From NCBI GenBank assembly GCA_021295895.1, contig JAGWBM010000029.1:25857-89856 (forward strand): a DNA stretch of 64,000 nucleotides, read 5' to 3'. Shown here one piece after another: positions 9,748 to 21,169 of this stretch. The notes below the pieces were generated by a model that saw only the letters and a program-made list of their open reading frames with translations, was not told the DNA's origin and ran no database searches. The position numbers were made by a program, and so were the translations under genes. Positions within the stretch are counted from its first letter, which is position 1, and each line of letters begins with the position of its first letter. Source of the stretch: Pseudomonadales bacterium. GTDB lineage: Bacteria; Pseudomonadota; Gammaproteobacteria; Pseudomonadales; Azotimanducaceae.

Positions 9748-12700
9748 AGTCGTTGGCGCGGGCAACGCTTGTCATGGCGACGGCCATCGCCGTGTGTTTC
9801 GCCTTGCTGCAGGTCGGGGGGCGGGTGTTGTTCTACCAACTGCATCGCTTGGAGGACACCATCAACGCGACGTTCGGTCCCGATTTCCTCGTGCAGGGGC
9901 TCGAAGGTCGCTGGCAAGGCCTCAACCCGGGGATTTTCGCCGAACGCGTTCGCCTGCCTTCGGTCGAATTGATCGGTCTCGATTTCGAACTCGACCTGGT
10001 CGAGAGCATGGGGCGGAATCGCGTGGTCGCGCGGCGGATGACCGTCGCGGACGGTCGCCTGGTCTTCGAGAAGACCGCTACGGGTTGGCAACTGGCGGGC
10101 GCTTCGGAAGGGCCCGGCCTGGATGTGTTGGCGTTGTTCGGGTTCAGTGACGAGGTCTGGGTCCGGGGCAGAGTCTTCGCACGGGAAGGCCGCCGGACCG
10201 CAGCGCTCTACGTCGAGTCGTGGCTCATCAACGTGGGTGGGGGGCATCGATTCTCCATCCGCGTACAGTCGGAACCGAATTGCACGGACTGCGCGCTCGC
10301 CGTCGAGGGGGATGTCACCGAGAACGGCCCTGGAGCGATCGAGGTTTCCGCCACGGCGTTTTCGCTCGGAAGCGAATTGGATGACATGCTTGGCCTTCCC
10401 AACTTCGAGGTCGCCCTTGCCGGAGGCTGGCGTCGCGGCTCGGATGGCAATGGCCAGGCCCGTCTCGACATCGAGTTGAACCGGATTGAAACGCCGGCCT
10501 CGGAAAGCACGCTCACCTTGGGACTCGGCGCGTGGGCGGAGGGCGGCGGATACCGGGGCCGCATCGACACGTTGTCGGTAACAAGCGGGGATCGTTCCCT
10601 CGAGTTCGACGGGGCCGGGTTCTTTGTTCCCGGCGACCTCGGTGAACCCTTCGCCGACTTGTGGCTGCCGACGTTTGCGGCCCAAGATGTGGCTGCGTTG
10701 GCGACGACCGCCCTCGGGGTGGGCCATCCCGTTGGCCGATGGCTACACAACCTGGCGCCGCAGGGTCGTATCGACGGATTTCGAGTTCGAATCGACGGCG
10801 ACGGCGTGGCGTTCGTGTGTCGGGGACGCGATGCCGCGGTCACGGCCTTCCAGGGGGTGCCCGACGCGCAACACGTCGCATTCGTGGTGAGCGGACACTC
10901 GCGTGCAATACGCATGGACGTGGACGGCTACGACCTCGCATTGGCCATGCCGGATTTCGTGTCGGCCGATGAGACCTACGTCCAAGGCGGCGGTTCGATC
11001 ACCTTCTCGTTCGTCTCGGGGAACTTCGGATTGCGCGCCGAGAAACTCTGGCTCGACCGCGGCGGCACAAGGGCCGTTGCCGACATCGCCTTGTCCCGCC
11101 CGAGGGGGTCCAGCCGCGTTCACGTCGCGGCGGATGCCAAGGTCGACCGTATCGCCGTCGCGGATGCCGAGGGCTACCTCCCCTTGAACGTTGCGCCGGG
11201 ATTTCGGGATTGGCTGAGAACGAACGTCCGCTCCGGTCATCTCGAGGACGGCCGAATCCTGTTCCAGGGTGCCGTCGGCCCAAGCGATGGTCCACCCCGC
11301 CGACATTTCGAGATCGCTGCGAGGGTCGTCGATGGGGTTGTCGACTACCACGGGGACTGGCCGACGGCGAGCCACATCCGGGCAAACCTCGTCGTAGCCG
11401 AAGGGGGAACCCGGCTACGCGGCGCTGCCAGGATCTTCGACATGGATGTCGCCGACGCCGATCTCAGGGTGCCGCCTTCGGGAGAAGAGATATCGCTGCG
11501 CTTGCGGTCCCGTACGGATGTGGGGCAACTCCTCCATTTCGTGCGCAACAGTCCGGTCCGGGATGCCATGCCGTTCCTGTCCGATGCCTGGACGGGTGAC
11601 GGACCGGTGGTTGTCGCAGCCGAGATGGTCCTGCCGTTGGCGGGTACGGGAGACGACGGCGTGCGGCCACGGAATCTGCGCGTCGAATTCGACCTGGAGG
11701 GCGCCAACGTCGACCTGGCCGACCTGGGTTTGCGATTCGACGCCATGAACGACCGGGTGCGCTACGAGTGGCCGACAAGCCTTTCCAGCGAACGGCTGAC
11801 CGGAAGACTGTTCGGTGCCCCGGTTCGTCTCGGAATCGAGTCCGACGACGAGACGATTCGATTCGCCGTTGAAGGATCGGCTACCGTCGCCGACGCCTAC
11901 CGCGTGTTGGACCTGGCGGATCCCGGTATCGTCGGAGGTCGGTTCGATTTCGGTGCCACGTTCGAGGTCTTCCCGGGCTCCGAGCATCCCGCGGAGCTGC
12001 GTATCGAGAGCGACCTGGTGGGAGTCTCGGCGGCGCTTCCAGCGCCTTTGGACAAGCGGGACGACGAGGAAAGTGCGTTGGCGGTTTCGCTGCAATTCCT
12101 CGACGACTACGTGGCCGTATCGGCGCGCTACAACGACCTCAGCGGCTGGTTGCACGTGGACGACGGCGGCATCAGGGCGGCAGCCCTGGGGCTCGGTGTG
12201 CCCGTCCCCATGGCCGACGCCGCCCAGGGCCGGGTGGTGATCGCGGGCGGTCTGGACGCCGTCAACGTGGCATCGATGGCCTCGGCGCTAGGTCCCACGA
12301 AGGGGGACGATCCCGGCTTCGCTTGGGAACTGCGCGATTTCCGCATCGGCCGAATGGAACTCGACGCCCTGGAACTCGCGGACCTGCGTATCGACGGGTC
12401 TGGTGAAGGCGGCGAGATCCGCCTGACGCTGGCCGGCAGGGAGCTGCATGGCACCTTGGAAAGATCCGGCGATGCGCCTTGGCGTCTCAACCTCCCGGAA
12501 CTCAACGTGCCCACCTCGCCGTCCGACGACGCGATCGCCCTGGATCCCGCCGCCATCGATCAACTCATTGCCGCCGATGTGGTTCTCGGGAAGGTCTTCG
12601 TCGGTGAGGACGACTACGGCACCTGGCGGTTCGGGCTCCGACCCGTTCCCGAGGGAATCGAGTTGCACGACGTTGTCGCCGAACTCCGCGGGCTCACCAT

Positions 12701-13484
12701 CGAGGCCACGGCGCCGGCGCTTTGGAGCCGCGACGGAACGACGCGCTTCGAGGGCACGGTCAGAGCGGGCGACCTGCTGGAGGTGCTGCCGCTTTGGGAC
12801 TTCGTACCCAGCGTGGAGTCGGAGAGTTTCGCGGCCCAGGGGAGCGTGTATTGGCCCGGCTCGCCCCTCGAGTTCGACTTGGCCACGCTGTCCGGCGACG
12901 CCTCCCTGGATCTGACCAATGGGCGGTTCCTGGACGTCGAGCAGGGGGCCGGCGCGGCGCGCATCATGAGCCTCATCAACTTTTCCACCATCGTCAAGCG
13001 GATGAGTCTCGACTTCACGGACGTGTTCGGACGGGGCGTCAGTTTCGACCGTGCACTGGCGAAGCTGTCGGTGACCGAGGGTCGCGCCCGATTCGACGGG
13101 CCAGCCAAGATCACCGGCACCGGCTTGCGGTTCGATATCGACGGTGCGGTCGACTTTGCGAGTGGGGCGCTTGACTACACCATGGTTGTCACGCTGCCGC
13201 TGCACGCCAGCTTGCCTTGGTACGCCGCCTTCCTCGCCGCGTCGAACCCGCTCGCCGCGGCGGGTGTTCTGTTTGGCCAGCAGGTCCTCAAGGATCCCAT
13301 CAAACGCTTGTCGAGTGTCGACGTCGTCGTCAAGGGGACCTACGACGATCCGGAAGTGATGCTGGTGAGCAATTCGTCGGCGCTGGCGGCAACCGCGGAG
13401 GACAATGTGATTGCCGACGATGCGAATGCGGCGCCGGAGGAGTTGGATGACGGCAAGACGGAACGGGGGGATACACCGCAGTGA
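9744..13484 (+). CDS. yhdP: YhdP/AsmA-like large envelope (phospholipid transport) protein
   Basis: Frame of ORF 9045..13484. The part overlapping rng is Arg-rich nonsense. TTG 9744 (TTGA overlap with the rng stop) or ATG 9774 precedes the N-terminal TM segment [20 protein letters not shown]. About 1246 aa. Synteny rng-yhdP-tldD. Confidence 0.85.
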   Translation: MKSLARATLVMATAIAVCFALLQVGGRVLFYQLHRLEDTINATFGPDFLVQGLEGRWQGLNPGIFAERVRLPSVELIGLDFELDLVESMGRNRVVARRMTVADGRLVFEKTATGWQLAGASEGPGLDVLALFGFSDEVWVRGRVFAREGRRTAALYVESWLINVGGGHRFSIRVQSEPNCTDCALAVEGDVTENGPGAIEVSATAFSLGSELDDMLGLPNFEVALAGGWRRGSDGNGQARLDIELNRIETPASESTLTLGLGAWAEGGGYRGRIDTLSVTSGDRSLEFDGAGFFVPGDLGEPFADLWLPTFAAQDVAALATTALGVGHPVGRWLHNLAPQGRIDGFRVRIDGDGVAFVCRGRDAAVTAFQGVPDAQHVAFVVSGHSRAIRMDVDGYDLALAMPDFVSADETYVQGGGSITFSFVSGNFGLRAEKLWLDRGGTRAVADIALSRPRGSSRVHVAADAKVDRIAVADAEGYLPLNVAPGFRDWLRTNVRSGHLEDGRILFQGAVGPSDGPPRRHFEIAARVVDGVVDYHGDWPTASHIRANLVVAEGGTRLRGAARIFDMDVADADLRVPPSGEEISLRLRSRTDVGQLLHFVRNSPVRDAMPFLSDAWTGDGPVVVAAEMVLPLAGTGDDGVRPRNLRVEFDLEGANVDLADLGLRFDAMNDRVRYEWPTSLSSERLTGRLFGAPVRLGIESDDETIRFAVEGSATVADAYRVLDLADPGIVGGRFDFGATFEVFPGSEHPAELRIESDLVGVSAALPAPLDKRDDEESALAVSLQFLDDYVAVSARYNDLSGWLHVDDGGIRAAALGLGVPVPMADAAQGRVVIAGGLDAVNVASMASALGPTKGDDPGFAWELRDFRIGRMELDALELADLRIDGSGEGGEIRLTLAGRELHGTLERSGDAPWRLNLPELNVPTSPSDDAIALDPAAIDQLIAADVVLGKVFVGEDDYGTWRFGLRPVPEGIELHDVVAELRGLTIEATAPALWSRDGTTRFEGTVRAGDLLEVLPLWDFVPSVESESFAAQGSVYWPGSPLEFDLATLSGDASLDLTNGRFLDVEQGAGAARIMSLINFSTIVKRMSLDFTDVFGRGVSFDRALAKLSVTEGRARFDGPAKITGTGLRFDIDGAVDFASGALDYTMVVTLPLHASLPWYAAFLAASNPLAAAGVLFGQQVLKDPIKRLSSVDVVVKGTYDDPEVMLVSNSSALAATAEDNVIADDANAAPEELDDGKTERGDTPQ

Positions 13485-14941
13485 CAACGAACAACGTGAT
13501 CGTATCGGCGCGGCAGGCGCTATGGGATCCCGATGAGATCGGCGAACCGGAAATAACCGGCATGCTCGGGCGCCTGTCCGCGAAGGACATCGACACGGGG
13601 GAGCTGTTCTTCCAGTTACTTCGCCACGAGGCGTGGGGATTGGAGGATGGGAAGGTCAAGAGCGGTGCCTATAGCGTCGACCGCGGTGTAGGCGTGCGGG
13701 CGATCAGTGGAGAAAAGACCGGCTTCGCCTACGCCGACAATATCGCGTTGCCGGCGCTCAGCGAGGCCACGGAAGCCGCGCGGAGCATTGCACGTACCGG
13801 CCACGGCAGCCGGACGGGTGTGCTCACGGGAACCACCGCAGCGGTACGTTACGCGGACGTCGACCCGATCGCTTCGGCACCCGAGGATGCCAAGGTCGCG
13901 CTGCTGCATCGCATCGATACCTTGGCCCGCAGTCTCGACCCCCGGGTCAGCGAGGTCGTCGTGCGGGTCTCGCTGGATTGCGAGGTCAACCTGGTCGTGA
14001 CGACGGATGGATTGATGAGTGGCGACTCGCGGCCGATGGCGAGATTCGACGTCATGGTTCTCGCGGAGCAGAACGGTCGACGCGAACGCGGGTCGAGTGG
14101 GGGCGGCGGGCGCTTCGACACGGGATGGTTGTTCAACACGGACGCTGCGGACGAGTATGCCCGGGAGGCCGTGCGCATGGCTCTCGTCAATCTCGACGCG
14201 GTCGACGCGCCGGCCGGTGCGATGCCGGTGGTGCTCGGCCCGGGTTGGCCGGGGGTTCTGCTGCACGAGGCGGTGGGACACGGTTTGGAAGGCGACTTCA
14301 ATCGCAAGGGCACGTCGGCATTCGCGGGCCGGATGGGCGAGGTTGTCGCCTCGGAGCTGTGTACGGTGATCGACGACGCAACCCTGGCCGACCGACGCGG
14401 TTCGCTGTCCGTGGACGACGAAGGGACGCCGGGGCAGCACACCACGCTGATCGAGAACGGCGTTCTGGTCGGCTACATGCAGGACAAGCACAACGCACGG
14501 CTCATGGGAGCCAAGAGCACGGGCAACGGCCGTCGGCAGTCCTATGCCTACCTGCCGATGCCGCGCATGACCAATACCTTCTTGAGGCCGGGCGCCAGTG
14601 AACCCGACGACATCATCGCCAGTGTCGACAAGGGCGTCTACGCGGTGAGTTTCGGGGGCGGCCAGGTGGACATCACCTCCGGCAAGTTCGTGTTCTCCGC
14701 CACGGAGGCGTACCTCATCGAGGGCGGCAAGGTCGGACCGGCGATTCGCGGTGCGACGCTGATCGGCAACGGCCCGGAAGTCATGCAACGCGTGTCCATG
14801 GTTGGAAACGACTTCAAACTCGACGGCGGTGTCGGCATCTGCGGCAAGGACGGCCAGACCGTGCCGGTCGGGGTGGGTCAGCCGACCCTGAAGATCGACG
14901 AGATCACGGTGGGCGGGACCGGCGCGGGCGCCACGTCGTGA
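13481..14941 (+). CDS. tldD: Metalloprotease TldD
   Basis: 486 aa with the [11 protein letters not shown] metal-binding motif. GTGA overlap with the yhdP stop. Confidence 0.93.
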   Translation: MTTNNVIVSARQALWDPDEIGEPEITGMLGRLSAKDIDTGELFFQLLRHEAWGLEDGKVKSGAYSVDRGVGVRAISGEKTGFAYADNIALPALSEATEAARSIARTGHGSRTGVLTGTTAAVRYADVDPIASAPEDAKVALLHRIDTLARSLDPRVSEVVVRVSLDCEVNLVVTTDGLMSGDSRPMARFDVMVLAEQNGRRERGSSGGGGRFDTGWLFNTDAADEYAREAVRMALVNLDAVDAPAGAMPVVLGPGWPGVLLHEAVGHGLEGDFNRKGTSAFAGRMGEVVASELCTVIDDATLADRRGSLSVDDEGTPGQHTTLIENGVLVGYMQDKHNARLMGAKSTGNGRRQSYAYLPMPRMTNTFLRPGASEPDDIIASVDKGVYAVSFGGGQVDITSGKFVFSATEAYLIEGGKVGPAIRGATLIGNGPEVMQRVSMVGNDFKLDGGVGICGKDGQTVPVGVGQPTLKIDEITVGGTGAGATS

Positions 14942-16296
14942 AACCGGTCGCACCGCAACCGGCGCCGACCGATCCGGCGGCACTTGCCGCGTCGTTGAAG
15001 GACATGGCGACACGGATACTCGACGAGGCCAAGCGACAAGGCGCGACGGCGGCGGAGGTCGCCGCCGGCGATAGCAGCGGCCTGGTGGTATCCGTGCGCA
15101 AGGGGGAACTCGAGACCGTCGAGTTCACCAACGACCGGGGCTTCGGCATCACCGTCTACGTCGGGGATCGCAAGGGGAATGCCAGCACGTCCGACGCCGG
15201 CCCCAACGCGATCCGCGACACCGTGCGAGCCGCCCTCAACATCGCCAGGTACACCGAGGGGGATCCCTGCAACGGTCTCGCCGATGCGTCCTTGATGGCC
15301 CGGCGCATTCCGGATCTCGACCTGCATCATCCGTGGGATATCGACGTCCCCCGAGCTACCGAGCGCGCCGTGGAGACCGAGGCGGCCGGACTCGCCTACG
15401 ACAATCGCATCGTCAACTCCGAGGGCGCCCGCGTCGCGACGGCTCGCGGCTGCCAGGTGTACGGCAACTCCCACGGTTTTCTCGAAGCGGCCTGGGGTAC
15501 GCGTCACTCGACGAGTTGCCTGATGATCGCCGCCGACGCGAACGGCATGCAGCCGGAGGACTGGTATACCGTCAGCCGCGATCCGACCGACCTCGAGAAC
15601 CACGTGGAAGTCGGCCGCGAGGCGGCCCGGCGGGCGGTGGGTCGCCTCGGCTGCCGGCCGGTGAATACCGGGACCTACCCCGTGATGTTCGCGGCGCCGG
15701 TGGCGGCGGGACTCGTCTCCCACCTGTTGTCGGCGATCAGCGGTCGCGCTCTATACCGTCGGGAGTCCTACCTCCTCGACTCCCTCGGTCGGCAAGCCGC
15801 ATCCGAAGACATCACCCTGCGCGAGGAACCGCATCGGCCGAAGGGTCTCGCCAGTGCCGGCTACGACGGCGATGGTGTCGAAACCCGGGCCAAGACTTTC
15901 ATCGACGGGGGCGTGGTCGCGAGCTACATCCTGGACAGCTACTCGGCCCGGCGCTTGGGAATGACCACCACGGGCAACGCCGGTGGCTATTTCAATCTCG
16001 ACGTCGTCGCCGACACCCGGCCCGTCGAGGAACTCGTGAACGCCATGGGTACCGGGCTCCTCGTTACGAACCTGATGGGGCAGGGCGTGAACCTGGTCAC
16101 CGGCGACTATTCCCGGGGTGCCGGCGGCGTCTGGATCGCCGACGGCGAGCCGCGTCATCCCGTGGACGAAGTCACCATTGCCGCCAACCTCGACGATGTC
16201 TACAAGGGCATCGTGGGTTGCGGCGACGACATCGACCGCCGCGGCAACATCCACACCGGATCACTCCTCGTACGCGAGATGACGGTCGCGAACTAA
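14938..16296 (+). CDS. pmbA: Metalloprotease PmbA (TldE)
   Basis: 452 aa PmbA/TldD-fold protein lacking the HExxxH motif. GTGA overlap with the tldD stop. Confidence 0.9.
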   Translation: MKPVAPQPAPTDPAALAASLKDMATRILDEAKRQGATAAEVAAGDSSGLVVSVRKGELETVEFTNDRGFGITVYVGDRKGNASTSDAGPNAIRDTVRAALNIARYTEGDPCNGLADASLMARRIPDLDLHHPWDIDVPRATERAVETEAAGLAYDNRIVNSEGARVATARGCQVYGNSHGFLEAAWGTRHSTSCLMIAADANGMQPEDWYTVSRDPTDLENHVEVGREAARRAVGRLGCRPVNTGTYPVMFAAPVAAGLVSHLLSAISGRALYRRESYLLDSLGRQAASEDITLREEPHRPKGLASAGYDGDGVETRAKTFIDGGVVASYILDSYSARRLGMTTTGNAGGYFNLDVVADTRPVEELVNAMGTGLLVTNLMGQGVNLVTGDYSRGAGGVWIADGEPRHPVDEVTIAANLDDVYKGIVGCGDDIDRRGNIHTGSLLVREMTVAN

Positions 16297-16322
16297 CCCG
16301 GTTGTTTCGCCGAGCAACGACC

Positions 16323-16398
16323 GTAGGGGCGACCCCATCGTCCGTGTCGGACAGTGCTCGGTGCCTGGACAACGGGACGGGACAAGCCCGTCCCCTAC
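16323..16398. repeat. REP doublet (degenerate type A + type B hairpin)
   Basis: GTAGGGGCGACCCCATCGTCC at 16323. GGGACGGGACAAGCCCGTCCCCTAC at 16374-16398 (8-bp stem, 5-nt loop). Confidence 0.85.
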
Positions 16399-16433
16399 GG
16401 TCGCGTTGTGGCCAGCCAGACGCTGGGGCCTCG

Positions 16434-16745
16434 TCATTCGGAGCTGGCTGCCTCCTGTTTCTCGGCGGGCATCTCGCTGACGACGATCTTGTCCGCGTTT
16501 TTCTCGACGATGGAGTCGCCGATGCCTTTCACGGCCGTCAGGTCGGTAGCACTGTCGAAGCGCCCGTGGGTCTCGCGATGGCGAACGATGGCCTCGGCTT
16601 TTTTCAAGCCGACGCCATTCAACACGCGGGCGATGGTCTCGGCGTCCGCCGTGTTGATGTTGACCGTCTCGGCGGGTGCGGCGGTCGCGACAAAACCCGT
16701 GAAGACCATCGCCAGGATGGCGAACAAGGTGCGCATTGAAGCCAT
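16434..16745 (-). CDS. comEA: ComEA-family helix-hairpin-helix DNA-binding protein
   Basis: ATG 16745 preceded by AAGGGAGA. Signal peptide MASMRTLFAILAMVFTGFVATAAPA, then INTADAETIARVLNGVGLKKAEAIVRHRETHGRF (HhH motif). Confidence 0.85.
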   Translation of the reverse strand: MASMRTLFAILAMVFTGFVATAAPAETVNINTADAETIARVLNGVGLKKAEAIVRHRETHGRFDSATDLTAVKGIGDSIVEKNADKIVVSEMPAEKQEAASSE

Positions 16746-16871
16746 GGGGTATCTCCCTTTTTCCGTGTGAAATGGACGTTCGAAGATACTGGTCTGCCGG
16801 CCCCTTGGATGCCGGACGATCGCCATGGGGCTTGTAGGAAATCACCGCCGCGGCGAGTCGGCGATCGCCGA

Positions 16872-17258
16872 TTATTCGTGCTGAGAATCCCGCAGTCGGT
16901 CGAGTTCGACTTCTCGCTGGTGCAATGATCGTCGCAACAGCCGCTGGTTGAACCGGCCGCGCACCAGGCTGGCGGCACACAGCGATACCCCGAGCAGTAC
17001 GCCGCCGCCGAATGTCGCACACAGCCACCAGAACGCCGGCCACTCCGGACTGACCTGGTTGAGGAAACGCACCGTCATGGGTGCTTGGTTGTCGAGCCCC
17101 AGGATCACGGCGGCCGTGACCACGGCCAACAGCACCAGGCCTAAGATGAGGTTCCGCAGCACTCGATAGACCCTGCGCGAGCCGCGGGTGGCGGCGTGCC
17201 GCGTCTGATCGTCAACTGATGGGTTCGTGGGATCCCGGGGCCGGTTAGGCGCGCTCAC
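16872..17258 (-). CDS. lapA: LapA-family (DUF1049) inner-membrane protein
   Basis: 128 aa with two TM helices plus a basic C-terminal coil. GTGA overlap with the ihfB stop. Conserved position after rpsA-ihfB. Confidence 0.7.
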   Translation of the reverse strand: MSAPNRPRDPTNPSVDDQTRHAATRGSRRVYRVLRNLILGLVLLAVVTAAVILGLDNQAPMTVRFLNQVSPEWPAFWWLCATFGGGVLLGVSLCAASLVRGRFNQRLLRRSLHQREVELDRLRDSQHE

Positions 17259-17587
17259 CGAGATCCGGCCGGCGTGCGTCGTGCGCCGGCGACTTCTCGT
17301 TGCCGTCCCTCGTTCACCCGGTCGCGCAGTCGCCTACCCGGCTTGAAGTGCGGTGCGTACTTGCCGGCCAGGCTCACCGACTCGCCGGTCTTCGGGTTGC
17401 GACCCATTCGCGGTGGCCGATAGTGCAACGAGAAGCTGCCGAAGCCCCGAATCTCGATGCGGCCTCCCTTGGCCAGCGAGTGGGACATCTGGTCGATGAT
17501 GTTCTTGACGGCCATTTCGACGTCATCGACCGTAAGCAGGCCCTGGTGGCGCAATGCCATCTGTTCGATGAGTTCGGACCTGGTCAT
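17255..17587 (-). CDS. ihfB: Integration host factor subunit beta
   Basis: MTRSELIEQ...[29 protein letters not shown]...KYAPHFKPG, near-identical architecture to E. coli IhfB. Confidence 0.95.
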   Translation of the reverse strand: MTRSELIEQMALRHQGLLTVDDVEMAVKNIIDQMSHSLAKGGRIEIRGFGSFSLHYRPPRMGRNPKTGESVSLAGKYAPHFKPGRRLRDRVNEGRQREVAGARRTPAGSR

Positions 17588-17752
17588 CCTAGGGCCGCAT
17601 TCCGTTTCGAGGTGGCAGGTAACCTGAGTCGAAAACTACCACAGCGGCCCGCCCCGTAGAAGACGCGCCCGCGCCAAGCAACAAACGGTGCTTTGTTCCG
17701 TGGCGGAAACGTGGCACTGGGCGATGCGCACCCCCACAGGCGCTTGGTCGCC

Positions 17753-19555
17753 CTACGAGCCCGTGTCGTCCGAGTCCGGGTTGTCCTTGCCTGCCATCTG
17801 GGCCTTGATGAGATCGCCCAGGGTCGTGGGACCGGGGCGCTCGGGCTGGCTCTTCTGGTAATCGCGGTGGGCCTGTTTCTCGTCGTCCTTCTCGCGGGCC
17901 TTGATGGACAGGCTGATGCCACGGTTCTTGCGATCGATGCTGATGATCTTGGCCGTGACCTCGTCACCCACCGACAGGGCGGTCCGGGCATCCTCGACGC
18001 GATCCGCGTAGATTTCGGATGCCTTGAGCAGGGCATCGACCTCGGGGGCGAGTCGGACGAGAACCTCCTGTGGCTCGACGGCGACGACCACGCCGTCGAC
18101 GATGCTGTTGCGGTCGTGCTCTTCGATGTAGTCGTTGAATGGATCGTCGTCGAGTTGCTTGATGCCAAGCGCGATACGCTCGCGTTCGGAGTCGATCGAC
18201 AGGATCACGGTGTCGATTTCCTCGCCCCGGCTGTAACGGCGTACCGCCGTTTCACCGGGCTCCTTCCAGGAGATGTCCGAGAGATAGACGAGACCATCGA
18301 TGCCGCCGTCGAGTCCCACGAAGATGCCGAAGTCGGTGATCGATTTGATGCGTCCGCGGATACGGTCGCCGCCTGAATGCGTTGCGGCGAACTCGTCCCA
18401 GGGATTGGTGCGGCATTGCTTGATGCCCAGCGAAATGCGGCGTCGGTCTTCGTCGATGGACAGGATCATGACTTCGACCTCGTCGCCAACGGCAACCACC
18501 TTGGACGGGTGCACGTTGCGGTTGGTCCAGTCCATCTCGGAGACGTGCACGAGGCCCTCCACGCCTTCTTCGATTTCCGCGAAACAGCCGTAGTCCGTCA
18601 GGTTGGTCACACGCGCGACGACACGCATCCCCTGTGGATAGCGGCGTGCGATGTCCACCCACGGATCGTCGCCGAGTTGCTTCATGCCGAGCGAGACTTT
18701 CCGGTTCTCCCGGTCGAAGCGGAGGATCTTGACGGGCACTTCGTCGCCGACGTTTACCATCTCGCTGGGATGGCGGACCCGACGCCAGGCCATGTCGGTG
18801 ATGTGCAGGAGGCCGTCGAGTCCACCGAGGTCGACGAATGCGCCGTAGTCGGTGAGATTCTTGACGATGCCTTTGATTTCCTGTCCTTCGTGGAGGGAGG
18901 CGAGCAACGCTTCGCGTTCGGCGCTGCTCTCTTCTTCGAGTACCGCCCGACGTGACACCACCACGTTGTTGCGGCGCTGATCCAGCTTGATGACCTTGAA
19001 TTCCAGCGACCGACCCTCGAGGTGCGCCGTCTCGCGCAGGGGTCGGATGTCGACCAGGGAGCCGGGCAGGAAGGCGCGGATTTCGTTGATATCGACGGTG
19101 AAGCCGCCTTTGACCTTGCCGTTCAGAATGCCCTTGATCACATCGCCCGTCGAGAAGGCGTGCTCGAGCATTTGCCAGGATTCGGCGCGGCGGGCTTTCT
19201 CGCGGGACAGCCGGGTTTCTCCCCAGCCGTCGTCGACGGTTTCCATGGCGACCTGCACCTGGTCGCCGACTTCCAGGCTGAATTCGCCGTCTTCGTTCAG
19301 AAACTGGCTGCGCGGGATGACGCCTTCCGACTTGAGTCCGGCGTGGACGAGTACGAATTCCTTGTCGATCTCCACCACGGTGCCGGTAACGATCGACCCG
19401 GGCGCCATCTCCAGCGTGGCGAGGCTCTCCTCGAACAACGCTTCAAAGCTCTCGAGGGCGAACTCCTCGGCCGTGGTCGGCGGCACCGTCGTTGACGGCG
19501 GCGGCACCGTCGTCGGCAAGCTGTCCACACCTTCTCCAGTCAGTTCTTCGGCCAT
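17753..19555 (-). CDS. rpsA: 30S ribosomal protein S1, with a 33-aa N-terminal extension
   Basis: 600 aa with six S1 repeats. The conserved start [11 protein letters not shown] sits at residue 35. Confidence 0.95.
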   Translation of the reverse strand: MAEELTGEGVDSLPTTVPPPSTTVPPTTAEEFALESFEALFEESLATLEMAPGSIVTGTVVEIDKEFVLVHAGLKSEGVIPRSQFLNEDGEFSLEVGDQVQVAMETVDDGWGETRLSREKARRAESWQMLEHAFSTGDVIKGILNGKVKGGFTVDINEIRAFLPGSLVDIRPLRETAHLEGRSLEFKVIKLDQRRNNVVVSRRAVLEEESSAEREALLASLHEGQEIKGIVKNLTDYGAFVDLGGLDGLLHITDMAWRRVRHPSEMVNVGDEVPVKILRFDRENRKVSLGMKQLGDDPWVDIARRYPQGMRVVARVTNLTDYGCFAEIEEGVEGLVHVSEMDWTNRNVHPSKVVAVGDEVEVMILSIDEDRRRISLGIKQCRTNPWDEFAATHSGGDRIRGRIKSITDFGIFVGLDGGIDGLVYLSDISWKEPGETAVRRYSRGEEIDTVILSIDSERERIALGIKQLDDDPFNDYIEEHDRNSIVDGVVVAVEPQEVLVRLAPEVDALLKASEIYADRVEDARTALSVGDEVTAKIISIDRKNRGISLSIKAREKDDEKQAHRDYQKSQPERPGPTTLGDLIKAQMAGKDNPDSDDTGS

Positions 19556-19596
19556 ATCTTCCTTATGCCAGTCGTTGTCATCGTTCGCGCGCCGCC

Positions 19597-20406
19597 TTAG
19601 CGGCCCAACCCTCGTTCTTGGACGAGGGTCATCACCGCCGCCATTACGTCGTCGATCGACATCTCCGTGGAATCGATCGTCACCGCGTCGGGTGCCGGCA
19701 GCAGAGGCGAGACCGGGCGCGTCCGGTCCCTCTCGTCGCGTGCTTCGGTGCTCGCGCGAATCGCCGCCAGTGCGGCTTGCGCCGCCGCTCCGGCGACACC
19801 TTCGCGGTCACTGCCGAAGGGGGCGCGCAGGCTACCACTCGCCTCGCGATCCTTCAACTGCTCGAAACGCCGTCGGGCACGTGCATCGACGCTGGCGGTG
19901 AGGAATATCTTCAAGCGTGCATCGGGAAACACCACCGTCCCCATGTCCCGCCCGTCGGCCACGAGCCCGGGCGGTCGGCGAAACGCCTGCTGCGTCGCGA
20001 ACAGCGCTTCGCGCACGGCGGCAACGGCTGCGACCCGCGAGGCGGGCTGTTCGACCTCGGCACTTCGAACCGCATCGGTTTCGTCGACGCCGTCCACGAG
20101 TACGCGGATCGGTACCGCGGCCGGCAAAGCGCCGGCCGCCTCCTTGAACCCGATATCGGCCTTGCGGGTCGCTTCGGCCAACGATGCGGCATCGTCGAAG
20201 TCGATACCGCGTCGCAGGGCGATCAGACCGACGACGCGGTACAGTGCGCCGCTGTCCAAGAGGTGCCAGTCCAGTGCCGCGGCCAGGCGGCTGGCGACGG
20301 TGCCCTTGCCGGCGCCGCCGGGACCGTCGATGGCGATGACATCCGGGTTAATGGTCCGCCTCGTCGAACGCCCGCTTGGCTTGGACGGCGGATGTGATGA
20401 CGCCAC
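19597..20406 (-). CDS. cmk: Cytidylate kinase (start codon uncertain)
   Basis: [21 protein letters not shown]-loop and the rest of Cmk lie in the frame of ORF 19597..20727. The nearest canonical in-frame start is GTG 20406, which overlaps tyrA by 59 nt. No ATG/GTG/TTG lies closer to the P-loop. Confidence 0.85.
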   Translation of the reverse strand: MASSHPPSKPSGRSTRRTINPDVIAIDGPGGAGKGTVASRLAAALDWHLLDSGALYRVVGLIALRRGIDFDDAASLAEATRKADIGFKEAAGALPAAVPIRVLVDGVDETDAVRSAEVEQPASRVAAVAAVREALFATQQAFRRPPGLVADGRDMGTVVFPDARLKIFLTASVDARARRRFEQLKDREASGSLRAPFGSDREGVAGAAAQAALAAIRASTEARDERDRTRPVSPLLPAPDAVTIDSTEMSIDDVMAAVMTLVQERGLGR

Positions 20407-21169
20407 GAAGCGATTCACCGCCGTCGTCCATGGCCGTTCGGAAGCGATGCAGGGTTTCGATGAGTTCGTCGAGGCGGGGTCGGATCCGGTCCGCGTTGGC
20501 GTGCAATATGTCGGTCCAGACATCGACATCGGCGCCGGCGATGCGCACGAAATCCCGAAACCCGTTGCCCGCCTGGTCGAGGGGTCCGGCGCGCGCCGCT
20601 GCGTCCATGAACGCGAAAGCCACGAGGTGCGGCAGGTGGCTGACCAGGGCGAAGCACTCGTCGTGGGACGCCGGCGTTTGCTCGACGACACGGGCGCCCA
20701 CAGCCTCCCAATAGCCGCGCACGGCATCCACCGCGCCGTCGTCTGTTTCGGCTACCGGTGTCACAACCACCGGCCGGTTCTGGAACAGGTCGGCCCGGGC
20801 GGCCCTCGGTCCCTGAAGCTCGGATCCGGCGATGGGATGGCATGGCACGAAATTGGGGGGTACGGGGTCGAGCGCATCGATCACCGCCCCCTTGACGCTG
20901 CCCACATCGAAAACCGGACCGCCGCAACGAGCAGCCACATCGCGAACATGACCGGCGATAGCGCCCACGGGAACCGCCACGCAGACCGCGTCGCAGTCAC
21001 CGGCCGGCGTGTCCAGGGCATCGTCGATGATGCCCAGTTCGAGGGCCTGACCGAGCGCGGCCGGGTCACGATCGACACCGACGATCCGATCGAACACGGC
21101 GTGGCTCTTCGCGGCCTTGGCGAATGAGCCGCCGAGAAGGCCGGTGCCGATCAAGAGGAGCGAACTCAC
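20348..21169 (-). CDS. tyrA: Prephenate/arogenate dehydrogenase (TyrA)
   Basis: GTG 21169 (GTGA overlap with the hisC stop) gives VSSLLLIGTGLLGGSFAKA (GxGxxG) and 273 aa. The upstream part of ORF 20348..21856 is Arg-rich nonsense. Confidence 0.88.
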   Translation of the reverse strand: MSSLLLIGTGLLGGSFAKAAKSHAVFDRIVGVDRDPAALGQALELGIIDDALDTPAGDCDAVCVAVPVGAIAGHVRDVAARCGGPVFDVGSVKGAVIDALDPVPPNFVPCHPIAGSELQGPRAARADLFQNRPVVVTPVAETDDGAVDAVRGYWEAVGARVVEQTPASHDECFALVSHLPHLVAFAFMDAAARAGPLDQAGNGFRDFVRIAGADVDVWTDILHANADRIRPRLDELIETLHRFRTAMDDGGESLRGVITSAVQAKRAFDEADH

